64,000 nucleotides of DNA from Alphaproteobacteria bacterium UBA830. GTDB lineage: Bacteria; Pseudomonadota; Alphaproteobacteria; MPNO01; UBA830. The notes beneath the pieces are model-generated. The model was not told where the DNA came from, ran no database searches, and was given only the letters and a program-made list of their open reading frames with translations. The translations under genes were made by a program, and so were the position numbers. The stretch spans positions 12,139-76,138 of the forward strand of contig CAJIYX010000052.1 of the NCBI GenBank assembly GCA_905181725.1, written 5' to 3'. Each line of letters starts with the position of its first letter. Within the stretch, counting starts at the first letter, position 1. Shown here piece by piece: positions 63,686-64,000 of the stretch.

Positions 63686-64000
63686 GCCGTTTCGTTTTCC
63701 TCAGCGGCCTGCCGGAACGCTCCGAGCTTGCGCAGACCAGTTTCCAAGTCGTTTTTCAGGGCGCCGAAATCCCGCATAGGCGTTCCCTGCCGCCCGATCA
63801 GCACATAGTCATGCGCTGTCAGGGCACAGTTCGATAGAACTTCCTCCGCCGCTGCCCGCAGACGTCTGCGGGCACGGTTACGTATCACGGCATTCCCGAC
63901 ACGCTTACTTACCGTGAGGCCGTAGCGAGGCCCTTCCGTTGCCGCCCGGTCTTCGGGTGGCTGGGGCGCAACCTGAAGCACAATGCCCGGTGCGGCCCAT
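63682..64000 (-). CDS. rnpA: ribonuclease P protein component (5' end beyond window)
   Basis: ...GIVLQVAPQ...[24 protein letters not shown]. The frame stays open to the window end. Confidence 0.8.
   Translation of the reverse strand, partial: WAAPGIVLQVAPQPPEDRAATEGPRYGLTVSKRVGNAVIRNRARRRLRAAAEEVLSNCALTAHDYVLIGRQGTPMRDFGALKNDLETGLRKLGAFRQAAEENETA

Noticed and set aside
1-64000. Stop-codon reassignment (TGA/TAG as sense) to explain the many in-frame stops
   Set aside because: TGA, TAA and TAG all terminate intact, well-conserved genes in the window at the expected positions, e.g. TGA at 3694 and TAG at 1892. Interrupted genes also include TAA and frameshifts.

Overview
High-GC (roughly 60% by eye) bacterial chromosomal segment, alphaproteobacterial by gene content and order (engB-yidC-yidD-rnpA, dapD-dapE, def-fmt-truA, cysE-cysK, argG, argB, folD, rlmN, many EamA/DMT exporters, an IalB protein, and an ArsR/YciI/sigma triad). 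About 70 genes are identifiable. Housekeeping genes are intact and use TGA, TAA and TAG as ordinary terminators. Two features stand out. (1) An unusual number of conserved genes are interrupted by single in-frame stop codons or frameshifts: an acyl-CoA synthetase, a DUF898-M48 peptidase, and the ArsR, YciI-like and sigma-factor genes, which sit in a row; three further cases (NnrU, a DUF2569-like gene and a PAS-domain gene) are less certain. In one of them, a Bcp-type peroxiredoxin, the only lesion is a TGA exactly at the peroxidatic cysteine codon, so it is either a selenoprotein candidate or one more nonsense pseudogene. (2) There are two mobile-element scars: a low-GC island downstream of a tRNA-Ala(CGC) with a partial tRNA copy, a resolvase remnant and Sel1-repeat pseudogene fragments, and an integrase 3' fragment that truncates a PAS-domain gene. 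Other notable items are an RND efflux pair whose periplasmic adaptor carries an N-terminal duplicated EF-hand (Ca-binding) module and has no outer-membrane factor gene, eight EamA/DMT paralogs including a four-gene tandem array, and coding-region microsatellites, notably a 13-copy pentanucleotide inside the sigma-factor gene. No CRISPR array, rRNA gene or complete IS element was seen.
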